A DNA stretch of 64,000 bases from Nitrosopumilus sp. (GCA_965214775.1 OZ243974.1:512001-576000), one strand, 5' to 3'; shown: positions 1-10,814, counted from the stretch's first letter. The notes: generated from the sequence alone by a model not told the origin. Numbers and translations: made by a program.

Positions 1-2
1 CC

Positions 3-80
3 GTCCTGCGCTCAAAGCTGGACGGAACCATTACAGTCGAGCTGTTCGCTCGCGTGTTGTGCTACAACCTTACGGTATAA
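3..80 (+). mobile_element. C-terminal end of a probable DDE transposase (IS4/IS5-like), truncated by the window edge
   Basis: Frame 3 reads VLRSKLDGTITVELFARVLCYNLTV*, resembling the typical ..R.K....EL...L.YNL transposase C-terminus. Confidence 0.5.
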
Positions 81-313
81 TTTTTATCATAATTCCGTAC
101 TGTTGTTGGACTGCAGCAGCACTACCGTAAGGTATGGCCCGCATGGATATTTACGTTGCCTTTTGCGCATGTCCGGCCGAAAATGTCCCGTTCTGCATCT
201 GAATTCACATACATACGGGGGCAGACTGGCAGATTATGGCAGCCTCTTGGAAATTTTTTGGACAACCCCCCCTACTGCGACATGTTCATAAACACAAATG
301 ACCGATAGATGCC

Positions 314-3300
314 ATGCCGTTACCTTTTGAAGTAAAACAAGAACATCTACAAAATCTAGGACCGGAAAGATCGGTCGATCTAATCAGATATATGGTGTGG
401 TCAGATGCAACTGCGTCCGGAATTGGGAAAAATCTGATCAACATTCCCACTGCAATCACAGTAAAGGACGGGGGGATAGATGGGGAGGTAAACGGAGCAG
501 ATAAGGACGGAAAATACGGCATAATAAAAAAAGGAATCACAAGGTATCAAATAAAATCTGGAAAGTTCAGCTGTAAAGAGTCTGACATAAAATCAATTCT
601 ATGCAAAAAAGGAACAAATGAGCTAAACAATAGGATGAAATCCTGCTTGGACAAAGACGGAACCCTTGTGATAGTCTTCACGGGTTGGGACGATTCAGAT
701 GTCACCGATGACTATGTTTTAAACAAATTCAGAGAAATACTGCAGTCAATTTCGGACAAATACAAAACCTCCAAAATCGAGATCTGGCGTCAGAACACCA
801 TCATTGGGTTTTTGGAAAACTTTCCTTCACTGAGACTTTATGTTCTAGGTATAAGAGATCGCTCATTTTGCTTGCATGAGGAATGGGCAAACTTTTCAGA
901 TATGAAACCTACCCTGCATCTGGGAGAGCCCCAAGAAAGGTTCATCCGGGATTTCAGAGAAGACCTGCGTGCAGACAACAGACCAACCCACATACGAACA
1001 CTCGGAGAACCCGGAATTGGAAAAACAAAGCTTGTCCTAGAGGCCACAAACACAGATGATCTAAAACCAATCACAATTTACCTAGAAGATCCTGAAAAGA
1101 TTGATGGAATGGATTTCCTAAATCGTATCTCGGGCATAGATAGTGAGTCAAATATTATTTTGGTTGTAGATGAATGTGATTTTAAATCCCAGGCGAGGAT
1201 TTGGAACCGGTTGGAGCATAAGAGCCCAAAAATCAAACTAGTTACGATTTTCAATGAATTCGATGATTCTTCTGGCACCACCCTCAGGAGAGATGTTCCA
1301 GAATTGGATGATGAAGCGATTGGTGAAATACTCCATTATGAATACAAGGTAGATCGATACGAACTAGAAAAGTGGATCGATATGTGCAAACCGTCCCCAC
1401 GAGCAGCTCATATCATAGGCAGGAATTTGCAAGAAAATCCGGAGGACATTCTAAAGTCACCAGACACGGTTCCGGTATGGGATAGATATGTCGCAGACAG
1501 GTTAACACTTGGCAGTGTAGACTTTGAAGAAAGACGTATTATTTTGTGTTGGATAAGCCTTTTTAAGAAATTTGGATCCGAGTCCCCATTTGAAACTGAA
1601 GCAAAGAAAATCGCATCGCTTGTTGAAAAAAACCACGACATCCCGATTGGGACGTTTATGAAAACAGTACGAAAGCTAAAAGACATGAAGATTCTTCAGG
1701 GCCACTCGACCCTATACATAACACCTAAAATACTACATGTGTATTTTTGGACGCAATGGTGGAAAAATTATGGGCGAAGCATAGCTCCAAGTTTTGATGA
1801 ATTAGTCATCTCAGAGGAAGGTGCACGAGATCCTCTGAGTTTGTTCAAGTGGTATCGCGAGATGTTCAAATATGCAAAACAATCTCCTGAGGCAAGCAAG
1901 GTTGTAACAGAGTTATTGCGTGGAAAATCCTTTGATAACGACGCAGTTTTGAAAGCCCAACCTGTAGCAAGTTTTTTTTTGACCCTTAGCAAAACCGATC
2001 CCTCGTCAGCACTCAGCCATCTAGAACAAATCATGAGGAGCAAATCAAGGGAGGATCTGCTAAATGTTACAACCGGCAGGCGTGAAATTGTCTGGTCTTT
2101 GGAGTACATGTCTATGTTCAAAGGGCATTTTGCTAGGGCGGCAGGCCTCCTACTTTTGCTGGCAGGTGCAGAAAACGAAACATGCTCGAACAATGCAACA
2201 GGTGTTTTTACATCGCTTTTTTCACCTGCACCCGGCAGAGTAGCTGCGACCGAGGTTGCACCTGTAGACAGGATTCCAATACTAAAGTCTGCGATGGATT
2301 CGGATTCCAAATACAGAAGGGTAGTAGGGATAAAAGCTTGTGATGCGGCGCTGCAAACGGGAAATTTTTCACGGTTTGTTTCTAATTATTACGATATCGG
2401 TGAACAACCCAATCTCTGGGAGCCAAAATCAAGATCTGAGACAATAGAGTACTATCAGGAAATACTGCATATGCTAATGGGGCACTTGGAAAAACATGGG
2501 GAGGAAATCAATGAGGTTGTAAAAGTGGTACTGGATCACGTAAGAGGCATGATCCGCATTCCAGAGCTCTCCAGTAGAATGATAAAAATCATTCAAAAAT
2601 TGCACGAGACATCCCATGTGGATGACGAGAAGCTGGTAGACACAATAATCAAAATCATAGACTTTGACAAAGAAAAGCTAGATCCTGCTGTTGTCAAAAA
2701 GCTAGAAAGGTTACAAGATAGCATAACCGGAACCGACTTTCATTCGATGATGCGGCGGTATGTGGGAATGCACGCATCTGTGGACTGGGGATCCAAAAAA
2801 GGCCCGGATGATGTCCGCAAGAAGGAAATTGACGAGCTGACCACCAAGTCACTGGATCCTAAAAACATAGAGCCAGAACTTGAATGGCTGGTGACAGACA
2901 AGGCAAAATACGGTCTTGTGTTTGGCTACGAGCTGGCAAAAAAGGATCACTCATACTCATTACTGGATCTGATACTGGATGCCCTAAGGAATTCCAAAGG
3001 CCGGGGAAGTGGATTTTTTGCAGGAGGATACTTTCGGCATATTTTTGAAAACAATGTCAAAAGATGGGAGGATGAATTGGATGCGATATACGACGACCCT
3101 GTATTGTGTATACTCTTGCCTGAAATCACATGGAGATCGGGATTGACTGACAGATCTGCAAAAAGACTGGCAAACGGCATACGTGAGAAAAGATTTGACC
3201 ATGCCACCCTTGGACGTTTCCGACATTACATTCTAGGCAAACTTTCAGAGGAGCGGCTCACAGAATGGATTGAAATCCTGCTGGGTGAAAAGAAAGCCGT

Positions 3301-4060
3301 CTTTATTGCGATTGAAATTTTCTATCACTACTTTGTTCACAGGACACAGAAGGCACTGCCAAGAGATCTCACACTGAATCTGCTGTTGCATGAGGACATA
3401 ATTCACAATGATCCAAAGACGGCACACAGTATGGTGGATGAATACTACTGGAAAGAGACAGGTATGGCGTTTGTAAAACAGTATCCGGAGGACGGCATCA
3501 AAATAGTCGAAAAGATCATCGAGGGTTTTGGAGCCGATAATTTCTTTGGACGACACGGCTCTGAAATGAGCGAGGTTCTTAGTGAAGTTGCCAGAATCAT
3601 GCCCAAGGAAGTTTGGAAGACAGTTTCGCAGTATCTGGGGCCACCGATAGACTCAAGAGCGTTTAGCATACAGCAGTGGGTGCGCGGGAACTGGTTTGAT
3701 TCCAAGCGCGGAATGCTAGATGCAATCCCAATGTCCGAAATTTATAGGTGGATAGACGAGGACAAAAAAACAAGGGCCAGTCACATCGCTGGTTTTTTGC
3801 CGCCATCATTTGAGAAAGTCAGGGATTTTTTGGCAAGGTATGGTGATCAGGAGGAGGTGCGAAGACACATGGTCATAAACTTTGGCAACGAGGTATGGAT
3901 GGGTTCTGCAGTAGCACACTATGAAAAAAAGAAAAAACAGATTGAAAAGCTGGTAGAAAAGGAAACAGATATGAACGTGCTATTATGGTTGAAGGATTAC
4001 ATTGAATCGCTGGATTCCGCCATTCAGCGATCCAAAGAGCATGAGGAAAGAGATTTCTAA
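314..4060 (+). CDS. Large P-loop NTPase (STAND-like) with N-terminal restriction-endonuclease-like domain; putative defence protein
   Basis: 1248 aa; N-terminal DGGIDG...YQIK (PD-(D/E)xK-like); Walker A GEPGIGKT; Walker B ILVVDE; long helical C-terminus. Confidence 0.7.
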   Translation: MPLPFEVKQEHLQNLGPERSVDLIRYMVWSDATASGIGKNLINIPTAITVKDGGIDGEVNGADKDGKYGIIKKGITRYQIKSGKFSCKESDIKSILCKKGTNELNNRMKSCLDKDGTLVIVFTGWDDSDVTDDYVLNKFREILQSISDKYKTSKIEIWRQNTIIGFLENFPSLRLYVLGIRDRSFCLHEEWANFSDMKPTLHLGEPQERFIRDFREDLRADNRPTHIRTLGEPGIGKTKLVLEATNTDDLKPITIYLEDPEKIDGMDFLNRISGIDSESNIILVVDECDFKSQARIWNRLEHKSPKIKLVTIFNEFDDSSGTTLRRDVPELDDEAIGEILHYEYKVDRYELEKWIDMCKPSPRAAHIIGRNLQENPEDILKSPDTVPVWDRYVADRLTLGSVDFEERRIILCWISLFKKFGSESPFETEAKKIASLVEKNHDIPIGTFMKTVRKLKDMKILQGHSTLYITPKILHVYFWTQWWKNYGRSIAPSFDELVISEEGARDPLSLFKWYREMFKYAKQSPEASKVVTELLRGKSFDNDAVLKAQPVASFFLTLSKTDPSSALSHLEQIMRSKSREDLLNVTTGRREIVWSLEYMSMFKGHFARAAGLLLLLAGAENETCSNNATGVFTSLFSPAPGRVAATEVAPVDRIPILKSAMDSDSKYRRVVGIKACDAALQTGNFSRFVSNYYDIGEQPNLWEPKSRSETIEYYQEILHMLMGHLEKHGEEINEVVKVVLDHVRGMIRIPELSSRMIKIIQKLHETSHVDDEKLVDTIIKIIDFDKEKLDPAVVKKLERLQDSITGTDFHSMMRRYVGMHASVDWGSKKGPDDVRKKEIDELTTKSLDPKNIEPELEWLVTDKAKYGLVFGYELAKKDHSYSLLDLILDALRNSKGRGSGFFAGGYFRHIFENNVKRWEDELDAIYDDPVLCILLPEITWRSGLTDRSAKRLANGIREKRFDHATLGRFRHYILGKLSEERLTEWIEILLGEKKAVFIAIEIFYHYFVHRTQKALPRDLTLNLLLHEDIIHNDPKTAHSMVDEYYWKETGMAFVKQYPEDGIKIVEKIIEGFGADNFFGRHGSEMSEVLSEVARIMPKEVWKTVSQYLGPPIDSRAFSIQQWVRGNWFDSKRGMLDAIPMSEIYRWIDEDKKTRASHIAGFLPPSFEKVRDFLARYGDQEEVRRHMVINFGNEVWMGSAVAHYEKKKKQIEKLVEKETDMNVLLWLKDYIESLDSAIQRSKEHEERDF

Positions 4061-4181
4061 TCCTTGTTTATAGCATGTAATGAGAATCTACAAGGTGATC
4101 TGGAAAAATTTCGTTATTTACTAAATGTTTTACATCATAGCAAACCTAAGAAATAGACCATAAAGGAATTAAACGTTCGTT

Positions 4182-5156
4182 TTAAACCGGTCTTCCCAAA
4201 CGTATCCGACCCATGATGGTGCAGACGGCTACACGCGGATTTGCAGGCAGCTTGGCTTGAGCTGCTTCGAATGCGGAACCGTCTTGTGGGGAACTGAAAA
4301 GACTGCAATCCAAAACAATTTTAAGCCGACGCATCCGATGATACACTGAACATCTTGATGAGACCCGAATTTGGCGGGGTTTCGTCGTTTGAGAGCCGTG
4401 GAACCTCTCCAGCTTGCCGTTGGTCTGCGGGTGATATGGCCTGGTGTTTATCAGGATGATGTCCCGTGTAAGCAGCTCCTCCTCAAAGAGCGTGGGCTGC
4501 CACGTCCCCATGCCGGTGCCGCCTTTGGAGGCCGCCTTTTTTCTGCCGTTCTGTCCTACAAAGCACGAGCCATTGTCAGACAGTATGGATGCAGGCGTGC
4601 CAAACCTCTCGATCGCCAGCCTGAGTGTCATTACGGCGTTCTCAGAGGTGGCATGCTCAAATAGTGCGGCCCCCGTAATGCACCTTGAGGCATCGTCAAG
4701 ATACGTGACTAGGTTGAGTCCCTTTAGGCGCGGATCCTTCATTTCATGCCAGTCCACATGCCACATCGCGTTGGAGTATTTGCGCTCAAAGCGGACGTAT
4801 CCCCTCTTTTTTGATTTTGCCGCAGACGGAATCACCAGGCCGTTCTTCTTCATTATGCGGTATACTGCACGGTAGCTTATATTGTGATTGTGCCTCAGCC
4901 TGCCTGCGGTGCGCAGTACGCCTGTCGGTTCGCCCTCGTGCGTCCCGGTCACCAGACGTATCTGGGCGGCTGTGACCGGGACATGCGGCCTGCCCATTTT
5001 CACGCGCGTCGTACCTGTTGCCTGGAACCGGGCCCACAGCCTCCTTACGTGCCTTGCCGTGATGTTCAGATCCTTTGCTATCTTGGAGGACGCGACGCCT
5101 TTCTTGCACTGTCTTACTAGGTACTGCCGTGACTCTTCTGTCAGTATTTTTTTCAT
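4182..5156 (-). pseudogene. IS481-family transposase, 3'-truncated (tail runs into non-IS repeat DNA)
   Basis: N-terminal HTH; WHVDWH, LDDASR, ILSDNG and PYHPQTNGKLERFHG motifs; similarity ends abruptly near 4395. Confidence 0.8.
4190..4303 (+). repeat. MITE family E copy (degenerate)
   Basis: Aligns with 11216-11334 and with the reverse complement of 18471-18589 (GTCTTCCCAAA...GCGGAT.TGCAGGCAGCTTG...). Confidence 0.65.
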
Positions 5157-5289
5157 GGTTTTTCGTGATCGGTACAGCCTAAAATAGTCCGCTATTGTCC
5201 TCCTGATCCTAGGCGGACCGACTTTTCGTACAATAGATTACGCATGAGACTAGCAATACTCTTAATACTGTTTGCAGCGGTGTTAAATC

Positions 5290-5511
5290 ATGAGTTCCAC
5301 AATACAGAAAAGGACCTACACAATCGTCATAACTTCTGATGAAATAGATGGGGGTTTTGTCGGGGTCTGCGATGAGCTGAACGCCTTTTCTCAGGGCGAG
5401 ACGTATGGAGAGGTAATGGAGAACATGAAGGAGGCAGTAGAGCTTGCGGCAGAAGAAAGCGGCAACACTGATGATTTTAACATGCTGATCGTTCAGAAGC
5501 GTAATGACTAG
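5290..5511 (+). CDS. hicB: HicB-family antitoxin
   Basis: 73 aa, YTIVI...DGGFVGVCDELNAFSQGETYGEVMENMKEAVEL, typical HicB N-domain; overlaps hicA. Confidence 0.85.
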   Translation: MSSTIQKRTYTIVITSDEIDGGFVGVCDELNAFSQGETYGEVMENMKEAVELAAEESGNTDDFNMLIVQKRND

Positions 5512-5740
5512 GATTCCGAGAATTTCCGGCAATGCAATGATAAAATACCTGATCAGGAAAGAATTCACAATAACAAGCAGAAAAGGCAGTCACGTTACAT
5601 TAAGACGTGATCATGTCCCGGTAACGGTTCCTGCAGGAAACAACAAGCTAAAGATTGGATTGCTTTTGGGAGTGCTAGACAAGGCGGGAATTGGCAGGGA
5701 GGAGTTTGTAGAGGATCACAGCAGCGGAATTGCCAAATAA
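5504..5740 (+). CDS. hicA: HicA-family mRNA interferase toxin
   Basis: 78 aa, SRKGSHVTL...VTVP...LKIGLLLGVLDKAGI signature. Confidence 0.85.
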   Translation: MTRIPRISGNAMIKYLIRKEFTITSRKGSHVTLRRDHVPVTVPAGNNKLKIGLLLGVLDKAGIGREEFVEDHSSGIAK

Positions 5741-5841
5741 TTGAATGTAAAACTGTCCCAGGCATCACGATCAAAATATAGAGCAAAATAACTATTTTGT
5801 GGAACAGCTGCACAAAAACGCGAATTTGAACATCAAACACA

Positions 5842-6756
5842 ATGCCAAACCAAAGAGGCATGAAGCTGTTTGAGGAGTCAATCAGATCAAAATACACAAA
5901 AAGGAACTATTATTCTCACCTCAACCACTTTATGAAATTTATGAAAGCAGGCTCTGCTGACGATGTGTTGATGCTATCGCCCTCTGAGCTACAACGCGGG
6001 GTAGAGGATTACCTGATGACGTTAAAGTCCACGTCCAATCCAAACTCAGTCCCGTCCATGTTTAGGGGAATAAGGCACTTTTGCATCATGAATGAGATCA
6101 GCCTCAACTGGAACAAAATATACAAGATGTTTCCCCCAAAACAGAAAACCCAGAGCATGAGATCATACACTGCAAGTGAAATCCGCCGGATGCTGTCTGT
6201 TGAAAAAAATGCGAGAAACAAGGCACTGATCCACTTCCTTGCATCAACGGGTGCAAGAACAGGGAGTTTTTGATCATCCCCTGCTGATCAAGCACATGCA
6301 AACGATGCCCTGCCGCTGCAGCGCGGTGCTACTTTATGCCGGGGATGTAGAGGAATACTGGTCATTTCTTACGCCACAGGCAACGAGAACACAAGGGCGT
6401 ACCACGATTACCGCAGGCAAAAAGGCGAGGTCTTCGGTGACGATACACCGGTATTTGGAACTGACAAAGCAGTCCAAGGGCAGCTGGGATGGAGCGGTGC
6501 CAGATCCGTAATCTACAGGGCAATCTCAAAGAGCAGCATATCCAGACTCAAGCAGGGAGGACGTTATGATGTGCAGGCTGATCACGGTTTTAGAAAGCGG
6601 TTCAACACCATACTAAAGCTGGACAATACGATAAACTACAACATTGCAGAAAAACTGATGGGTCACAAAAACGGCCTTGATGGGGTATATTTCACACCTA
6701 CGCTTGGGGAGCTGCTTGCAGAGTTTAGAAAAGTGATGCACAAAATCAGGGTCTAG
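5842..6756 (+). pseudogene. Tyrosine recombinase/integrase, frameshifted into three pieces
   Basis: FLASTGAR in 5842-6273, middle piece in 6239-6511, HGFRKRF...KLMGH...Y in 6571-6756; motifs lie in different frames. Confidence 0.8.
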
Positions 6757-6993
6757 CAGGCCCGTTAACTTGGCAGAAGTTATTGCAAAGGCATCGGCTC
6801 ACGGCAACTTTGACGAACCTATAATCACCGATTTAACAATAAATCGGGCATCATGCAAGGTCGACTTTCTTTCTTGAGCCTTATACCGGCGCTTGACAAA
6901 GAAGGCACTTCTCGGAAACTTTACGCATAATGCATTTTCTGTCCGACATGGCCCTAAGAGAGATAAAACCACAAGTGAGGGCCGGTGGAAGGC

Positions 6994-7099
6994 GCCGGGT
7001 GACGTTTTAAACAAAAAGCCCACGTCCAGACAAAGGCAGCTTGTGAAAAAGCCACGTAGGGCGGAAGGGAGCTCAGGGCAATTCTACCGCCACACAACG
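6994..7099 (+). repeat. About 105-bp direct repeat, copy 1
   Basis: Near-identical to 8765-8872 (TGACGTTTTAAACAAAAA...GCCACGTAGGGCGGAAGGGAGCTCAGGGCAAT). Confidence 0.85.
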
Positions 7100-7207
7100 T
7101 CTAACTACCCTGAAATAACGACGGTTCACTGTTTACGGATCGAAGTAAATTCAACCAAATCATTCCTTTTACTCGATACGCTACATCACATAATTTCTGA
7201 GAATTAG

Positions 7208-7618
7208 TCACAGCGCACCAATATCATTGCAATCCATAAAGTACAATTTTTTGCCATCGCGATAAGGCCTGATTAAAATTTCTATTCTGTTACCCAGCAT
7301 AAACAACATGTAGTTTTTGCTTTTTTCAGCATGGCTGCATGGCACATAATCCTCATGCTTTGATATATCGTCATATGTCACAATTTCCTGTTTGAAATGC
7401 TCTATAAGATTTATTGAAGGCTCAGATACAACTGATTTTTTCATAATACTCAGAGTTAGAGGCGGTCTTACAATTCCAAAAAATATCCATGAAGCAAATA
7501 AAAGAGTATCAAACTAAATATCTATCTCTTTGCCCTGAGTATTATCTCTGAACATTTTGTCAGACTTTTCTGCCATACGATAGTGACGTTCTTCCCATTT
7601 GTACTCTGCTTGGTTCAT
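7208..7618 (-). pseudogene. Hypothetical gene interrupted by one in-frame TAG
   Basis: ATG at 7618 reads MNQAEYKWEERHYRMAEKSDKMFRDNTQGKEIDI*FDTLLF... in frame into ORF 7208-7444. Confidence 0.45.
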
Positions 7619-7867
7619 GTTATACAATACGTTATACAATACTTATAGATGTATCACGCCGGTCTGTGGCATCTCTTATGCCCATATTCCCAAAAATGAT
7701 CTGAAATTCATTTCCAGAATAGGGCTCATTTCATCAAATGACTTTCCAAGGATTTTAGCTGCACAAAAAATAACACTTGAAATAGAGCTGATTTGGCCAG
7801 ATCTCATTTCAAAAAATGATCTGTCCTGCGGCAGAATTACAACTTGCCCATACAAATCAATCCTGTG

Positions 7868-8620
7868 TCAAAATTTTTGTGATGCGCACCGCGCATGAAC
7901 CCAGCTGCCGTAATTGTTCTGCCTCACCTTGTCCTTTCCAGCAGTTATCTTTCTGCCACATACTCTGCAGGTGCTGCCGAACTTGGCCGTTATTCCACCG
8001 CGCTGTGGACTGTGACTGCTTCCGTATCCTCCGCTGTAGCCAATGCGGCCAGTATTGCGTCTTGCGTCACTGCGATGATCGTCATCTTGGAAACGGTGCG
8101 GATCATGCTCGTCCTTGCCACCATCCCCCAACATGCGCGCAAACTTCTTTCCTGGCATGATGTTCCAATCCATGTCTATATGCTGCGGCTTGGCCATGAT
8201 GTCCTCTATTTGGAAGACGGCAATTGGCAGACGTATCTCCGACAGCATGTTGCATTGATTGTCCGAGAAAATACCCAAGCCGGTCTTTACCTCCGCCCAG
8301 CAAAAATCGTCTTTTGCAGGATGCAATGTACGGCGAGTATCTGCGTATTCCGCCTTGCATGCAAGGTAATCAAATACAAAGCTCGGGTTCTGAGCATCGT
8401 GATTGGATGGTTTTGATGTACGGATGACTTCCGGCCTGATGGATCCCGGAATACTTACACGTATCCTGTCAAACCCCATCTTGAATACGACGTTATCCAG
8501 ATTCTTGCAGCTGTGTATAGTTTCAAGCGAGCAGTATGCCCACCCCTTCTGCGAACACAGTTCCTTGTAGTATGTCTCGCCAAGTGCCCCTTTCAGCGTC
8601 TTGGTAATTTTCGGACGCAT
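7868..8620 (-). CDS. PD-(D/E)xK nuclease-like protein with C-terminal Zn ribbon
   Basis: Likely start MRPKITKTLKGALGE; FDYLAC...WAEVKTG motif; C-terminal CRVCG...WVHARC. Confidence 0.6.
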   Translation of the reverse strand: MRPKITKTLKGALGETYYKELCSQKGWAYCSLETIHSCKNLDNVVFKMGFDRIRVSIPGSIRPEVIRTSKPSNHDAQNPSFVFDYLACKAEYADTRRTLHPAKDDFCWAEVKTGLGIFSDNQCNMLSEIRLPIAVFQIEDIMAKPQHIDMDWNIMPGKKFARMLGDGGKDEHDPHRFQDDDHRSDARRNTGRIGYSGGYGSSHSPQRGGITAKFGSTCRVCGRKITAGKDKVRQNNYGSWVHARCASQKF

Positions 8621-8764
8621 TATTGTGCAATGAACATCAGGACTAAAAACTGTTCTTGATCCAGCATTACATTCTGGAGTCAAGATGCTGCTTGGTACTG
8701 AAAGTATGGTGCAACCGTCTAGCGCAAAGTTTTCGCGGTACAGCGGCAGCACGATATTGTGGAT

Positions 8765-8872
8765 GCCGGCTGACGTTTTAAACAAAAATCCGACGTCCAG
8801 ACAAAAGGCAGCTTGTGAAAAAAGCCACGTAGGGCGGAAGGGAGCTCAGGGCAATCCGGCCGCCACGCAACG
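8765..8872 (+). repeat. About 105-bp direct repeat, copy 2
   Basis: Near-identical to 6994-7099. Confidence 0.85.
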
Positions 8873-9383
8873 GATAGCTGCCCGCCTCTTCGATTAACTT
8901 TCAGAAGGACGTATACACGCTCAGATGCTGGAAAGGATCAGTCTTGATCCAAGATGCTTCAGATGCCGCAAGCAGCTGTATGCGGATTGCCTGAAAAAAG
9001 AGGTGCTTGATGACACCAAGCCACGGAAATTGGCCAAACCCGGATTTTCGCATACGAGAAAAAGGGGGTGATCGGCCACGCTACGATTGCAATGACGGAC
9101 CTGAACAGAACCGGGCATTGCAAGATGGGATCCTCTCCTCGTTCCAGCGTGCCAGGATTGCTGTCGACAGGGCAGATTGCAACGCAAAAGATTTCAAGGG
9201 TTTGGGTGCTGGAAAAACAGTGATCGGCCGGGCCATTGCAGAAGCAAAAAACCATCAGAACGACGAAGGCTGCAGAGTCATCGTTCTTGGTCCAGACAAG
9301 GGCGTGGTTGGCCGGCGTAGGAAAGTCGGACTTGCACGCGTACGGCGCAAAAGAACGCAAGGCGTGATGCTTGTCGACTCGGA

Positions 9384-9899
9384 TTGGGCTTGAAAATGAG
9401 AGTCAGGTTTTTGACAATAATCGCACTCTGTATTTTTTTATCTTTGGCTGCCTTTGCTATTTTCATACATTCAACAAACTTGGAGCCGGAATCACATGCA
9501 GACATGGGTGGGGATGCAGTCGATCCTGATCCGGATCCGTCTCCCGGTTACGGCGCTGATTTTGCAGGAAGTTTGCTCAGTTTTAACTCAATATTTGTTG
9601 CTGGCCCAATCTTTTTGGGAATCGTTTCTCTGGTTTTTATCGTGTCAAACATAATTTTACAGATAAAAAAGATCCCAACTAGAAAATACATGCTCGTCAT
9701 AGCTGCGGGAGTTTTGATATTTTTAGGCGGCCCTTGGATGCTAAGCGGGATTGAATCCCTATTGGTTATCGAGCAGCTTGAGCATGAAAATTACCGGATA
9801 TTGCTGGTTGGCGCCTTGGTACAATTTGGCATAGGAGCAGTATTTATAACTCCAGGAGTCGTTGCGTTAAAAAAAGCAAGACTGGGAATCAGAAGATGA
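9384..9899 (+). CDS. Hypothetical membrane protein (about 4 TM)
   Basis: Four hydrophobic segments; overlaps next ORF (ATGA). Confidence 0.6.
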   Translation: MGLKMRVRFLTIIALCIFLSLAAFAIFIHSTNLEPESHADMGGDAVDPDPDPSPGYGADFAGSLLSFNSIFVAGPIFLGIVSLVFIVSNIILQIKKIPTRKYMLVIAAGVLIFLGGPWMLSGIESLLVIEQLEHENYRILLVGALVQFGIGAVFITPGVVALKKARLGIRR

Positions 9900-10240
9900 A
9901 GACTCGATACAAAATCACAGTAATCGCATTTTCTATCCTGCTGGGAATATTGTTTGTTCCGGTGGTTGCAAGCAACCTGTACTGCGACTATCTTGCAGAA
10001 CACTGCACCTCTAGAATCACGGGGGTTGGCCCCGGCGGTCTTTATCTCCCCGCCGAATGGGGAACCAGGGACGATTGTCACTTTACCAATGAAAATGGCG
10101 TAACAGAACCGTGCCGCATTGACATTGCCCAGATTAATTGGCCATTTCCGCCACGCATCATGCATGGGCAAGAACACGAATGCGTCGAACTGTGTCCCGA
10201 CGATGATCCCCCACCAAAGCCGTCAAGGCAAAATCCGTGA
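9896..10240 (+). CDS. Small Cys-containing membrane-anchored or secreted protein
   Basis: MKTRYKITVIAFSILLG signal/TM followed by six Cys. Confidence 0.55.
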   Translation: MKTRYKITVIAFSILLGILFVPVVASNLYCDYLAEHCTSRITGVGPGGLYLPAEWGTRDDCHFTNENGVTEPCRIDIAQINWPFPPRIMHGQEHECVELCPDDDPPPKPSRQNP

Positions 10241-10450
10241 AACAGGCATTCCAACCTTCTTTGAGATTCAACTAATGGCATTAGGCCTTATGAGTAATCT
10301 GTACAGATCAAAAAATCAGGCAGTTTTTACGTCATTTTTGGCAAACACGCACAAGCTCTAGAGGGGTGATCCAAAACTAGAAATCGTGCGAGTTTTTCGA
10401 GTAATTTCACAGATAACTTGTATTTTGTTGGTGTACTGAGATGTTTTATG

Positions 10451-10532
10451 GTACAACTTCAGGTCCTATTTATACTGGCAAGCAAATACTTCCTAGATTC
10501 CTAGGCGGTTTAAATAGGACCTGAAGTTGTAC
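10451..10532. mobile_element. MITE family A (82 bp, 22-bp perfect TIRs, 8-bp TSD)
   Basis: GTACAACTTCAGGTCCTATTTA...TAAATAGGACCTGAAGTTGTAC flanked by GTTTTATG on both sides. Confidence 0.85.
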
Positions 10533-10671
10533 GTTTTATGCAGATTCCTTCACAAATAATCGGAATCTGCTAGTTTTGAATCAACTCTCAGCATCATACC
10601 TGTTATTTGGCGGATGTCGTGCCACGGCTAGGAAGTTAAAAGAAAAAATACGGCAGGAAATATCGTTCATA

Positions 10672-10745
10672 AGGGATGTAGGTTAGCTTGGTATACTGCC
10701 AGCTTCGGGTGCTGGAGTTCGTGGGTTCAAGTCCCATCATCCCTA
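10672..10745 (+). tRNA. tRNA-Pro (CGG)
   Basis: Acceptor AGGGATG/CATCCCT; anticodon arm CCAGC-TTCGGGT-GCTGG; T-arm GTGGG-TTCAAGT-CCCAT. Confidence 0.85.
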
Positions 10746-10814
10746 TAACACAATAATTGAAACAGAAGTTTTGTAGGAAATCCACATGATGACTGCGCCA
10801 CATCCTGTTGTCCA

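Noticed and set aside
7514-7516. Pyrrolysine or amber readthrough
   Set aside because: Single case, no pyl genes seen, and TAG is a normal stop in many genes here.
8921-9393. Overlapping ORFs 8921-9187, 8959-9360 and 9007-9393
   Set aside because: No recognisable motifs; may be a decayed gene, but no call can be supported.
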